Source of the DNA: Gammaproteobacteria bacterium | Lineage (GTDB): Bacteria; Pseudomonadota; Gammaproteobacteria; CBDBNL01; JAAOII01 | Assembly (NCBI GenBank): GCA_965209035.1 | Contig: OZ242372.1 | Coordinates: 1,728,001-1,792,000, forward strand | Direction of reading: 5' to 3' | DNA: 64,000 nt | Notes under the pieces: generated by a model | Told to the model about the DNA's origin: nothing | Database searches by the model: none | Seen by the model: the letters and a program-made list of their open reading frames with translations, nothing else | Shown here: one piece after another, positions 30,894 through 42,700 of the stretch | Position numbering within the stretch: position 1 is the first letter of the stretch | How the letters are laid out: every line of letters begins with the position of its first letter | Made by a program: the position numbers and the translations under genes

Positions 30894-32351
30894 TTATTCC
30901 TTGCGTCCGTAAACATCGTCATAACGAACAATATCGTCTTCTTCCAAATAGTCGCCGTTTTGAATTTCTATGACGACCAACAATTCTTTGCCCGGATTCT
31001 TCAGCCGGTGCTTGGCATGCATCGGGATGTAGGTGGATTCGTTTTTCTTTAAGCGAAAGATTTTCTCGTTACAGGTCACTTCCGCTTCGCCGCGAACGAC
31101 CACCCAATGTTCGGATCTGCGCCGGTGAGACTGTAACGAAAGTGCCGCCCCCGGGTAAACGGCAAGACGCTTTACCTGAAATCCTGTTCGCTTAATCAGA
31201 GATTCATACCAGCCCCAGGGTCTGTGAGAACGATATTGCATGTCCGCTTGCTCTCTCTTTTCCTTGCGCATTTCCTCTACCAGAGTTTTAACTTCCTCGC
31301 TCTTGTCGCGATGCACAATTAGAGTGGCGTCCTGTGTGTCCGCCACCATCAAGTCATCGACACCCACCGTGGCGATGATGCGGTTCTTGCCGGCACTGAT
31401 AAACACATTTTTCCCGTCAACAACTTTTCCTTCTCCTTCGCTTTCTTCCTCCCCCAAAATAATGTTGCCGTGTTCGTCCCCGTTTTGAAGGTTTTGACGG
31501 ATATCGGCAACAGACTTCCAGGTGCCGATATCGCTCCATGCCTGGTCCAACGGTACCAAAAATACATCGGCTTCTTTTTCCATCAAAGCGTAGTCTATGG
31601 ATTGGCTGCGGACCTTCTTAAAGACGTCGCCGACACGCGTGAAGCCCAGGTCTTTTTGTCTTTCACGAATTGCCGTTTGGCAGCCGGCGGCGATATCCGG
31701 CGCATGGGCTTGCAAACTGTTTAAGAAAAAGGAGAGCGACCATACAAAAATACCGCTATTCCAATAGTATTCCCCCGAGTCAATATATTCCCGTGCTTTT
31801 TGCATTGTCGGCTTTTCCACAAACTGTCGGACCTTTTGGATGCCGTCCGACTTTTTGCCGACGCGAATATACCCGTAACCGTCGTAAGCAAATCGCGGCT
31901 TCACTCCAAAGGTGCCGAGCCCGCCGGCAGTCGCCCTGTTTGCCGCAAGGAGCACCGCCTCTTGCAATCGTTTTTCGTCTTCAATATAGTGATCCGCCGG
32001 CATCAGGACCATGACCGCATCTTCTGTTCCCTGTTCTTCTTTTATGTGGTAAGCGGCCAGCCCGGCAGTCGGTGCCGTATTTTTTCCTTCCGGCTCCAAA
32101 ATGATGCGGCAGCCTGCTATCCCCGCTGCGCGCAGCTGCCTTTCTATGATGAATCTATGGGCTTCGCCGGCTACAATTAAGGGAGACGATACTTCTTTCA
32201 TCCCGTTCAAACGGCGACAGGTGATCTGCAGTAAACTCCCTTCTTGCGGTGTCAAAGACAAAAAGGGCTTGGGATAATCGCGCCGTGAAACCGGCCAAAG
32301 CCGCGTCCCGGAACCGCCGGCCATGATGACCGGGATGATGTTCATTGACAT
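30894..32351 (-). CDS. manC: Mannose-1-phosphate guanylyltransferase / mannose-6-phosphate isomerase
   Basis: MAGGSGTRLWPVSR..YPK, EP.GKNTAP, FVEKP, WNSGIF, SIDYALME, cupin RPWG..LSLQSH..RSEHW. Confidence 0.95.
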   Translation of the reverse strand: MSMNIIPVIMAGGSGTRLWPVSRRDYPKPFLSLTPQEGSLLQITCRRLNGMKEVSSPLIVAGEAHRFIIERQLRAAGIAGCRIILEPEGKNTAPTAGLAAYHIKEEQGTEDAVMVLMPADHYIEDEKRLQEAVLLAANRATAGGLGTFGVKPRFAYDGYGYIRVGKKSDGIQKVRQFVEKPTMQKAREYIDSGEYYWNSGIFVWSLSFFLNSLQAHAPDIAAGCQTAIRERQKDLGFTRVGDVFKKVRSQSIDYALMEKEADVFLVPLDQAWSDIGTWKSVADIRQNLQNGDEHGNIILGEEESEGEGKVVDGKNVFISAGKNRIIATVGVDDLMVADTQDATLIVHRDKSEEVKTLVEEMRKEKREQADMQYRSHRPWGWYESLIKRTGFQVKRLAVYPGAALSLQSHRRRSEHWVVVRGEAEVTCNEKIFRLKKNESTYIPMHAKHRLKNPGKELLVVIEIQNGDYLEEDDIVRYDDVYGRKE

Positions 32352-32467
32352 TAGAAATTAAAAAATTAAAAAACGAAATACTAAAAAAGTTGTTAAGTTA
32401 TTTTATAGGTTTGGACGGTCCTTTTACAAAAGTGTAACCACTTGATTGTTATTATCATGATTCTTTA

Positions 32468-34912
32468 TTAAAGAAGCGTCCGTTTTCCGGTGCTATCCAT
32501 TTCACTGACGACTCCGTTTTCTTCCATTAAATCTATAATACGCGCCGCACGGTTGTATCCAATCTTAAACCGCCGCTGCACCGAAGAAATAGACACGCGA
32601 TTATTTTCCCGGACGAATGCCAATGCGTCCGCATAAAGTTCGTCCTCTTCCGTCTTTTCGCCGCCGCCCGCCGCGGGTGCCGGCGTTGTCAAGACATCTT
32701 CCCGATATTCCGCCATCCCCTGTTTTTTCCAATGTTCGACAATCGCCCGAACTTCCGTTTCTTCCACGAATTCTCCGTGAACACGCTGCGGGACGGAGGT
32801 GTCGGATGATATATAGAGCATATCTCCCTTGCCCAGCAATTGCTCGGCGCCGTTTTGGTCCAGCACCGTGCGCGAGTCCACGCGTGCCGAAACCTTAAAG
32901 GATATGCGCGACGGGATATTGGCTTTGATGAGGCCCGTAATGACATCCACGGACGGGCGTTGCGTGGCAAGAATTAGATGAATCCCCGCCGCCCGAGCTT
33001 TTTGCGCCAAGCGGACAATTTCTTTTTCAATTTTTTTGTTGGTCATGATCATATCCGCATACTCGTCAATGATAACCACCACATAAGGCATGACTTCATA
33101 TGCCGCATTTTCCGCTTCCGCCAAACGGTTATAACCGCCAATGCTGCGCGCACCGCACTGTGCCATCATTTTGTAACGCTCGTCCATTTCCTTGACGCAC
33201 CAATTAATTGCCTTGGTCGCGTCTTTCATATCGGTGATCACCGGCACCAACAAATGCGGAATGCCGTTATAGGCCGCCAACTCAAGCATCTTCGGGTCCA
33301 CCAAGATTAGACGCAATTTTTGCGGCGAATACCGATACAAGAGGCTCAACAGCATTGCATTAATGCCGACGGACTTGCCCGAGCCGGTTGTCCCGGCTAC
33401 GAGAAGGTGTGGCATCTCCGCCAAACTTGCAATTACCGGTTTGCCTTCCGTATCCGTTCCCAATGCTACGGGCAGGGGAGAGGCGAACTCGGTGAATGTG
33501 CGGGATGTCAATACCTCGCGCAGCGAGACAGGCCGCCGTTTGGCATTGGGGATCTCCACGCCAATGGAAGACTTGCCGCGCATCACCTCCAATACGCGAA
33601 TGTTATCCACTGCCAGCGAACGCGCCAGGTCGGTCGCCAGATTGGAGATGCGGGATGCCTTAACGCCGGCGGCCGGTTCCAATTCAAAGAGAGTGACAAC
33701 CGGACCTGTGCTGTATCCCGTCGGTTGCACGGTAATACCGAAATCACCGAGTTTTTCTACTAACCGTTGCTGCAATTTTTCCAAATGTTCGTGATTTTCC
33801 GCTTTGTTCGTTTCCTCGCTTGTGCCGGGTGATGCCAGACAATCCGCCGAAGGTAAAGAACCTGTCCCCGCTTCATCGCGATTGGCTTGCGAATCGGTAT
33901 GGCCGGTATTTGGGGGGGTACTCTTTGGCGAGATCCTGGGAGCATCCGGCGGGCTTTGCGTGCCCAGTTTTTGCATGATTGACCGAGAGCTGGCCGACAC
34001 GACCGGCGGCTCGGCTGCGGTTGCCGACCGCTCGCCGGGAGCTCCCGGTTGTTGTGTTGTGTTGTGTTGTGTACCGATGTCTCCCGTCTCTTTTGGTGGC
34101 AGGGGGATTGACGGTTCTTTTTTCTCTCCGCGCGCAGGACCCGCCGCGGGGCTTTGGCCGGGCATGAATGTAAAACGCGGTTCCACCCGTTTGAAACGCC
34201 CCCGGTGACTCGGCGGCTGCTTTTCTTTTTCTCTAAAAAACCAACGCCTTTTCTTTTTCTCCGGTCCCATGTCCGCGGCGATGTCCGCAGTCTGTTTGCT
34301 TTTTGGCGGGGAAGGTCTTGCCACGGGGAATGGAGCGAACAGAGAAAACTTCAATTTTTTGGCAATACGCAGGCAGAATTCGCCGATCTGTTCCAAAGTG
34401 TGTAACCAGGATAACTCTGCGAGTAGCCCCAAAGAAATCACAACCAGAGAAAACAAAAGAAAAACAGAGCCGAACCCTCCAAAAATATTGATCATATTGA
34501 AGGCAAGGATTCTTCCAATTTCGCCGCCTGCGGTTGCCGACAGGTTTGTTTGTTCGCCCATTTGAATACTAAAAAGAGTGGCTGAACTGAGCAGCAGGAG
34601 AAGAGTGCTCAGATGACGGATGGTGCGTTCATAACTGCTGAACTTCTCTTGCCGCTGCCGAAAAAACAGCAGGTAGCCCCATCGTGCAATTAATGCGATC
34701 AGAATAAAAGAAGCATACCCCAGGAAACGATAAAAGAATTCCGCCCCTGTTTTACCGAGGTTTCCCGTCAAATTTTGTGTATTTTGCGTTACAGCACCGG
34801 GCTCGTAACTCAGAAGCATTATTGTTAGGAAAATCGCAGCCGCCCAGACAGCAATGCCAGTCCCTTCGCGCAATGCTCGTGTCCGGCCGGTTGTTTTTTT
34901 TAGTTTCTGCAA
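32468..34912 (-). CDS. ftsK: DNA translocase FtsK
   Basis: N-terminal TM segments, Pro-rich linker, PHLLVAGTTGSGKS, ATQRPSVDVITG, gamma domain QRRFKIGYNRAARI; TTG start. Confidence 0.96.
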   Translation of the reverse strand: MQKLKKTTGRTRALREGTGIAVWAAAIFLTIMLLSYEPGAVTQNTQNLTGNLGKTGAEFFYRFLGYASFILIALIARWGYLLFFRQRQEKFSSYERTIRHLSTLLLLLSSATLFSIQMGEQTNLSATAGGEIGRILAFNMINIFGGFGSVFLLFSLVVISLGLLAELSWLHTLEQIGEFCLRIAKKLKFSLFAPFPVARPSPPKSKQTADIAADMGPEKKKRRWFFREKEKQPPSHRGRFKRVEPRFTFMPGQSPAAGPARGEKKEPSIPLPPKETGDIGTQHNTTQQPGAPGERSATAAEPPVVSASSRSIMQKLGTQSPPDAPRISPKSTPPNTGHTDSQANRDEAGTGSLPSADCLASPGTSEETNKAENHEHLEKLQQRLVEKLGDFGITVQPTGYSTGPVVTLFELEPAAGVKASRISNLATDLARSLAVDNIRVLEVMRGKSSIGVEIPNAKRRPVSLREVLTSRTFTEFASPLPVALGTDTEGKPVIASLAEMPHLLVAGTTGSGKSVGINAMLLSLLYRYSPQKLRLILVDPKMLELAAYNGIPHLLVPVITDMKDATKAINWCVKEMDERYKMMAQCGARSIGGYNRLAEAENAAYEVMPYVVVIIDEYADMIMTNKKIEKEIVRLAQKARAAGIHLILATQRPSVDVITGLIKANIPSRISFKVSARVDSRTVLDQNGAEQLLGKGDMLYISSDTSVPQRVHGEFVEETEVRAIVEHWKKQGMAEYREDVLTTPAPAAGGGEKTEEDELYADALAFVRENNRVSISSVQRRFKIGYNRAARIIDLMEENGVVSEMDSTGKRTLL

Positions 34913-35145
34913 ATGACTTTAACCTCTTTTTCATTATACTTACTATATGTGTATAGTATGTGCGTTTGGTATATGTGTGTTCGGCATTTGCCCGATGTGT
35001 GAGATCTGAACTTGCGGGTGTCGGGGACGAGTTGGACTTTGATGGAATCATTCTGTTGCCGCGAGAGTAAAATATGGAATGACCGATAATGACCCATACC
35101 TCAAAATGATTGTTTAGGAAAATTAAGAAAACTAATAAATACGGA

Positions 35146-36468
35146 ATGAAACGCGGCGGATTCTTCTTATATAAGGTATTGAGTGCCGTTCTGTTGCCCG
35201 TGATGCTACTAACGGATATTCGCCGCGGTGCCGGCCGACGCGAACTTGCCATGCGGTTTGGATTTTACGACAAGCGTTTCGGCGGCGACTATACGGTTTG
35301 GTTGCATGCCGCTTCCGTCGGCGAAGCCAATGCGGCCTTTACACTCATTGAAAATCTGTACCCCGCGACTTCTTCCGGGCGGCAAACAACAAGGATTCTG
35401 ATTACTTTTTACACGATTAGCGCTTATGTCCATGCACTTTCTCGGGCACCCAAGAATTGCGACCCGGTGATTCTGCCTTATGACCTCGCCGGCCCGCTGA
35501 AAAATTTTTTAAGGCAGTTCACTGCCTCCCGCCTGATCATTGTGGAAAATGATTTTTGGCCGCTTCTGCTGCGCCTTGCCGGGCGGTGCGGAATGCGTAT
35601 CGTTTCCGTGAGTTCTTCCTTGTCCGAATCCTCGTTGCGCCGCCGCCGCCGCTTCATCGCCTTTTTGTCTTATGCTTTTTGGGAGGATATGGATGCCATC
35701 TGTGTTCAAACTCCCCGGGACGCACGCCGATTTGTTCGTCTGGGCGCGGACCCGGCGCGAGTGTTTGTCTGCGGTAACATTAAGTTTGATGCCTGTCCTC
35801 CGGCGAACTGTTTGGCACAAGGGGAAATCCTTCGCCGTCAAATTAATAAGAAGCGGGCTGTCTGGATCGCCGCCAGTGTGCATCCCGGTGAACTTGAACC
35901 GGTCCTGCATGCCCAAAAAGATCTTTTGCAGAAAATGCCGAACAGTGTTCTGATTCTTGCTCCCCGGCACATACGCCATACGGCATCGTTTGGCAAAGAA
36001 ATCACCCGACATCATTTGTCTTATCGTTTGTTGAGTTGCCTAAAAAACCGGGAGAATACTTTCTTGCCGTCCGATGTTGAGGTTCTGTTGGCGGATACCA
36101 CAGGAGATCTGTTTGCTCTTTATGCCACGTCGGACTTGGCGTTTGTCGGCGGTAGTTTGGTTTCCAAAGGCGGCCATAACCCTATTGAGCCGGCACTTCT
36201 CGGCATTCCAATTCTAATGGGTGCGGATGTGCGTAAATCCGCCCGGGCCGCCAGGCTTCTGCTGGAACAGGGTGCCATGGTTCGCATCCGGCGTTCCGAT
36301 ATGCTCGCACCAACTTTAGTGCGTTTGATGACCTTGCCGACGGCGGAACTGCGTCGCCGAGGGCGTGCCTCTAAAAAAGCAGTCGGCAAACAAAGAGGTG
36401 TTTCTTCTCACATAATGGAAGTCTTACGGCGAACCGACGCACTAAAACCGGGAGTTGTTTCAAAGTAA
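35146..36468 (+). CDS. waaA: 3-deoxy-D-manno-octulosonic-acid (Kdo) transferase
   Basis: WLHAASVGE, LPYD, GNIKFD, AASVHPGE, LAPRH, FVGGSL..GGHNPIEPA. Confidence 0.92.
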   Translation: MKRGGFFLYKVLSAVLLPVMLLTDIRRGAGRRELAMRFGFYDKRFGGDYTVWLHAASVGEANAAFTLIENLYPATSSGRQTTRILITFYTISAYVHALSRAPKNCDPVILPYDLAGPLKNFLRQFTASRLIIVENDFWPLLLRLAGRCGMRIVSVSSSLSESSLRRRRRFIAFLSYAFWEDMDAICVQTPRDARRFVRLGADPARVFVCGNIKFDACPPANCLAQGEILRRQINKKRAVWIAASVHPGELEPVLHAQKDLLQKMPNSVLILAPRHIRHTASFGKEITRHHLSYRLLSCLKNRENTFLPSDVEVLLADTTGDLFALYATSDLAFVGGSLVSKGGHNPIEPALLGIPILMGADVRKSARAARLLLEQGAMVRIRRSDMLAPTLVRLMTLPTAELRRRGRASKKAVGKQRGVSSHIMEVLRRTDALKPGVVSK

Positions 36469-36797
36469 AAATACCGCAGACGGAACTCCGGGATACCGAA
36501 TGTTTACTCAAATGACACCCAAATAATGCAAAGTGATGAGGTTTCGTAAAAGTAGTCAAATTTTAGAAAAATCAAATTTATATGTATGATAATTGTGATA
36601 TGTCAATCTTTCTTTAATGTATAATTATATTTATGCCTAATCTTTATGAGATTGCCCGTGTTTGTTTGTACGCGGGCAAGAATTTCATTGCTTTTTTCGT
36701 CTGATTGTTACGGAAAGATCTTTGGTATGTCTGTCTTTTATTGCGTTAAGAAGGGCGATTATTTATTATTAAAACCACAAATATAGGAGAAAATAAA

Positions 36798-39700
36798 ATG
36801 TATCATATACATCTCATCATTAGTAACTTGATTAAGAATTACATTAATCGGGTTCATTCAATTGGAAGTTCGGTTGTAAATGCAATTGCAAATACAATTA
36901 GAAGTTCAACCGCTATTAAAGAAAACATTAAAGGAAACATTAAAAGAAACTGGGGGAAAGAAGCATCGGCTTTCGCCCGATGGCGAATAACACAGGTCCT
37001 GCCGGGTTCCTTGAATCTGCGTGCCTTTGGACTTGTGTCTGTTCTTTGCTTAACATCGTTTCTCACGGCATGTGCGGTTTCCTCCGGATCCGATGCCCCC
37101 GGATCCGCTGCCCCCGATCCCGACCCAAGGGTTTCTCGCTCCGTATTTTCGCACGCGAGTTACAACTTTGTCGGGCAGGGGTCTAGTCTGTCGGCGGGAC
37201 AAGTTTTGGGTTCTGTGCAAGTGGATATGGTTACCTTGCTTGCTCGTCTTCCCGAAGATTTAAATGCTTCAAGTATACAAATTGAGTACCAACTGGAAGG
37301 CAGCGAACTCGCCAATGCGTTTTTTGGGGTGGATTCTACTGGCAAGGTCCTTTTCAAAGATGAAGATGAAAATAGTTATGGTCGCGAATTCCAATTGCAC
37401 TATGTGGTTAATGTGCTAAATGTTTCCGAGTTTAAAGTGGTGGCAAGGTTCTCCTATACGAATGCCACCGGCGAACTCGGTGAAGGTGAAGATGAAGATG
37501 CGGAATACAGAGTTAATGTCAAGATTGCGGCGGTTGAGCGCGAGCCACAAATCACCGATTTTGTCCGGTTTGATGGCAAGACTGACGAAACTGTACAAAA
37601 TCAAACTAAAACATACGGGCTGAGTGGCACAATTCCTGAAAACAGTGATCCCGGGACGCTTGTAAGCGGTACGGGTAATTTACTGACAGGCCTGGGAATT
37701 AGCACGGTGATTCCGGATGATGCGGAAGAGCAGGGATACCCCGGCGGATTCACGCCAACAATTTACTATCAACTGGCATCCGCTCCCGGCGATACCTCTT
37801 GCAGGGGCCGCTATTATGTGGACAATCAGGATAATCGCACTCGGGTGCGTTCGGAAATAGATGAGGATGACGCCTTGAATTACGAGGCGGAAGGACGCAA
37901 CAACACAAACACATGTGCTTTGCAAGCCTCACTGAATGGTGTTGCTTACAAGAATGTAGTAACCGGGAACCTGTCAGCCGAAGATTTGGAAAATGTGGAG
38001 GAGCTTGTTGGTGCTGCGAGTTTCGGTGTTGATGCGTCTTGCACGAACAATGCTACGGCGGCAAAAGACTTGGAAACCTGTAATTATTATGCCGCTGTCA
38101 ATATTGATTTAATCGATGTTAACGAAGCGCCTGAGTTGGCATTGACGGACAATAATAATGACGAAGCGAATAATGGCATAACGCCCGAAGGGGATGTGGG
38201 AACTGCGGTTGCTCTTGGCGGGGAGGTGATTTCCGCGGAAGGTCCCGCCAATGTTACGGCGGCTGATGTGGCCTTGGCGACAGTAACCTATACGGATGTG
38301 GATGCTGCGGATAATCCGGCGAGATTGGGCATGCCCAAGCTTTCGGTCAGCCCGCTGTTGCCCGATGCGGATGCGGCGAACAATCTGTTTTACTTGAAGC
38401 CGGGTTCCGGTGACGGTGAGGCGACATTAATGCTCAATAGTACCGTATTATCGGCAGTAGATTTTGAGACACTCAATAAAAGCGGTTACAGTGGCTATAG
38501 AGTGACTTTGGAGGTTGCGGATAATCGTTCGGCTGATCTGACGGCCGAGGCTTCTTTTATGCTTGAAGTGACGGATGTGATTTATAAGCCGGTGCTGTTT
38601 AAGTACCGGAGTGCTCGTGTTAACACGACGAGCGGCATCCAGAATCTCTTGCCGGGCTTCGCCCAGTTCATTGACAATGGAGGTCCGATTCTTGGCACAG
38701 TCGATGCGATAGATCCCGAGAGCAACAGCAGTGATGGGATAGTGTACAATCCGGTGACAGCGATTGGTTTGCATCTGGATGCTTCGGGATCTCTTGGTCA
38801 GCCTGCTCTTATAGAGGGAGTCGTCAGGCAGATTGCGCCGAATTTTGTTTTGAGCGAGGGTCGCTTGAGTCTGCTGGGTTTGGGCTTGCGTCCGTTGCCG
38901 GATTATGCCTCGGCGTTGCCGGCGGTTACTTTACCGGGCAATCTGGCTTATGATTTTACAATTACCTTGAATGCTTACAACCCGGCGGCTGAACAGAATG
39001 CGACAAATGGGGCAACCTTGGCAATCAGTACAAAGGTATCTTATGATGCCGACTCGGTGCTGGGTTTTGGCGGTGAGCCGGCGGTTCGTTTCCCGAGCGG
39101 TCTGTACGCGGGTGCTGTTCCCGAAGGAATACCCGGTACAGGAAATCCTGCACCGCTGGGTGTTTCGGTGTTGGATGCTCGCCAACTTGCTTCGGGAACA
39201 CAAACAAATTTGACGTTGGGTGCCCCGAACTTTTACAGTCTGGTGCAACAAGCGGATTTGCTTCCTCTGATAGGGCCTTTGCCGCCGGAAATACAACAGG
39301 TTCTTGGCGGATTATTTTTGAGCGACAATCCGAGTATTGATTTGTCCGGGACGGGCAACTTCGACATTGACAGTTCAACCGGTCAGGTTTACTTGGCAGC
39401 CAACGCGTCGTTGAATTTTGGTCTTCGTCCTTTGCACACCTTGTTAGTGCGGACAGCCGCGAATGCAAGTGTTGGTCTGGAATCCAGCGACTATACGGTC
39501 GTTTTGGTGACGGTGCTGGATACCAATACGGCACCCGAAATCATCGACTTGGTGCCTGTGCATGCCGATGTCACGGTCAATGCGAGTGATATGTCCGTGT
39601 CGGCGAATATTTTCGAATCTGTGCCGCCCGGAACAGTGTTGGCACGGTTCACTTTGACAGACGACAATCCGTTTTTTCCTCCCTTAACCTCAAACTTGAA

Positions 39701-42700
39701 CTTTAGATTGAACGGAGAGGGTGCTCCGAGCTTTATAGTGCATCCGACGGGAGCTCCGGTGCGGGATGAGACAACCGGGACATTCGGTACTCCCTATCAG
39801 GTGGTGTTAGCACCGCCGGGGGTGGATTATGAAAGTACCACAGACTTGCGGCAAACATACAATTTTACCGATGACGGTCAATATGTATTCGATCCGTCTA
39901 TAAGTTTTATCCCTATGCCGCTTATGAATGCTTCGCTCAGAGCTCTTACCGGCAGAAATGTTGCGTTGGAAATCAATGCCGAAATCCAAAATGTGAATGA
40001 GCCGATTGAGTTGAGGGTAACCGATTCTTCTGCTACACCGGCACTGTCCGTCGAATCTCTGTCGGAAGTATCCGTTGCCGAGGACGAGGCCGAAGGAACT
40101 GCCGTAGCCTATGTGCATCTCATTGATCCGGAAGGTGAGGTGAATGCAACCAATGTCCCGACTGACGACTTGATGTTGCCCGATGCGTTGCAAGGGGCAT
40201 TAAGATTAAGATTAGTCTTTGAGGATTCCGGTCCCTATTACCAATTGGAAGTTGCGGACGCGGCGATTCTGGAAAATGCCGGCGATGGTCGCACCTTTGG
40301 ACTCACTGTGACAGTGACTGAAAATGCGACCGGCTTGGTGCCGGATCCGGTTTCGGTTTCCTTTGATTTGCAGATTACCAATGAAAATCAGAATATTACG
40401 GGTGTCATCTTGGACAGAGTATCTGTCAGCGAACAACAGGCATTAAATCTTGATGGCAAAAATGCGGAGATGCGGACCTTGGTTGCCGGCTTATTTAATT
40501 TGACAGACATTCATCCGGACTATGATGAGACCTTTCCGGGAACGAGTATTCGCCTTGTGGATTTGAGTGCCGCAGTTCGGAGCATAAACTATACAACTGA
40601 TGTTGCCGATGCTTTGGAGCAAGAAGAAAACTTCGGATTGTTTGAATTGTCGGTGGCAGATGATGATGCCGGCACTGTGAGTTTGTTGCTCAAAGAAGGC
40701 AAGTTGATAGACCGCGCTTTGATTGGAAACTCTTTGACCTTGAACTTGGAAGCGTTTGATCCCAATGGCGAATTGGCGGCGGGTATTTTATCGACAGTAG
40801 TCGACAGGCTGCCGGTGACAGTTGATCCGACAGACCCGGATGAGATCATTTTTGGAGATGCTCGCAATACCGATCCTCGCACACCGGCAGTCTATACTTT
40901 TGAATATACGCAGAGCAATTATGCTGAGGTGGTTGCCGGTGTAACCTCTTGCGATGGCAGAGACGCGGTCGCTGCGAATCTGACTGAGAACATTGCCATT
41001 GACGGCAATTGCTATCCGACGATTGAGATAGAAGCATCGGGCGAAGATCGCCGATATGTGGTTGAACGCGACAGGAGCAACCAGAGTTACTATGAAGGGA
41101 GTGATGATCTGGCTGCGGTGTTGCGTGCGGATGAGACCCCCGGCAGTTTTGGCGTGATCTTGACGGATGCCGATGTGAATGTATCCAATCTGGGCGTGTA
41201 TCAATTGAATGCCACCGGGGTTTTGGAAGATGCGGCGGACGCCTTCGGCAAGTACTTTACACTGGTAGCGAACAACAGTTATGCGGTGAATGCTAGTGGC
41301 AGTGATGCCCGTCCGGCCCTGGTGATTTCGCAGAATGTTCTTGCGGAATTGAATAGTTCGGCATTACCAAGTGGTGATGAATATCTGTCCCTGGACACCT
41401 TGGATTTGAATATGGAAAACCAAATGCGGACTTTGAGTTACTTTGTGGTTGCCGGCGCGGAAGGCACTGACGGCAATAACGCCAGTCGCCGTGCGATTGC
41501 CCAAATTAATTTTGAGGTGAACGAACCGGCCAACGCCAGGCCTCGTATAATTGAGCTCAACGTGACGGCGGCGGGTCTGAACGAACCGGCATTTTCGCCG
41601 GTATCCGCTGGCACGGCATCTCGCACTTACACTGTGGATCTTCGAAATGTTGACATAGCACCGCCTGATAGAGGCTGTGACTCATCTTCTACACCCGCAG
41701 AGTTCGCGAGTTACACACCCATTTGTACCGAGGACAACTTTACTTATGTGCGTGAGAACCCGTCTGATAATTATGTGTTGACTGATAACATCGTATTGAC
41801 CGGAGATTGGACGCCTATTGGCGATGGCGATGTGCCGTTTACCGGTAACTTCCACGGTAATAACTTTGAGATTTCCGGTTTGCAAGTGTCCGAGCAAGAA
41901 TATGCGGGCTTGTTTGGCTATATTAATGGCAGTGAGAGTGACCGCGTGGAAATCAGTAATCTGAGGATTGTGGCACATAGTATTGTTGCCGATAATTTGG
42001 GAAGCGCTTATGCGGGCGTTCTTGCGGGGAGGAGTGATAACAGCAACATTAATTTTGTTTCTGTGAATCTTTCGCATGCGGAAGGGATGCCAGACCAGTT
42101 GTTATTGAATGCGAGTGCTATTTTTACCGGCACAGCCGATGCATTTGCCGGCGGTCTCATTGGTTCCACTGCAAACAGCAATATTAGTCAATCTTATGCC
42201 TATGTTGCGGGCAACTTGATTGCGTCTTCTCAGGGGGCTACTAGCGGGGAGATCGATGTTAGGGCAGGCGGTCTGGTTGGCTTGTTAACCGGGGGTTCTG
42301 TTGATCATTCTTATGTGGTTGTGGAAGGCAATATTTTAGTCGAACAGATTAGAACAACAGGCGACGATAAAATTTTCGGGTTTGTTGGTGGCTTGATAGG
42401 GCAAGCCGCCGGAGGCATGGTAAGTACTTCTTATGCGCTTGTGAGTGGCAGGGTTAGTGCTCGGGATGTAACAGGGGCAACCGATCAGAGATATGTTCTG
42501 TCATCCGGTGGTTTGATGGGGAGACTGACTGACTCAGGAAGCGGTGTTATTAATTCTTATGCAATTGTTGAAGATGGTGTTTATCTCAGTATAAATGACA
42601 ACGCGAGGGCCAGGGGCGACGCCGGTGGTTTGGTGGCAGTTGCTGATGTGGGAACAAATATTATGAATAGTTATGCGTTTGTTCCGACTATTTCCGGTGC

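Noticed and set aside
30814-31050. DGR template repeat at manC
   Set aside because: The target is a housekeeping enzyme, there is no RT, and there are too few mismatches to show an adenine pattern; simple duplication suffices.
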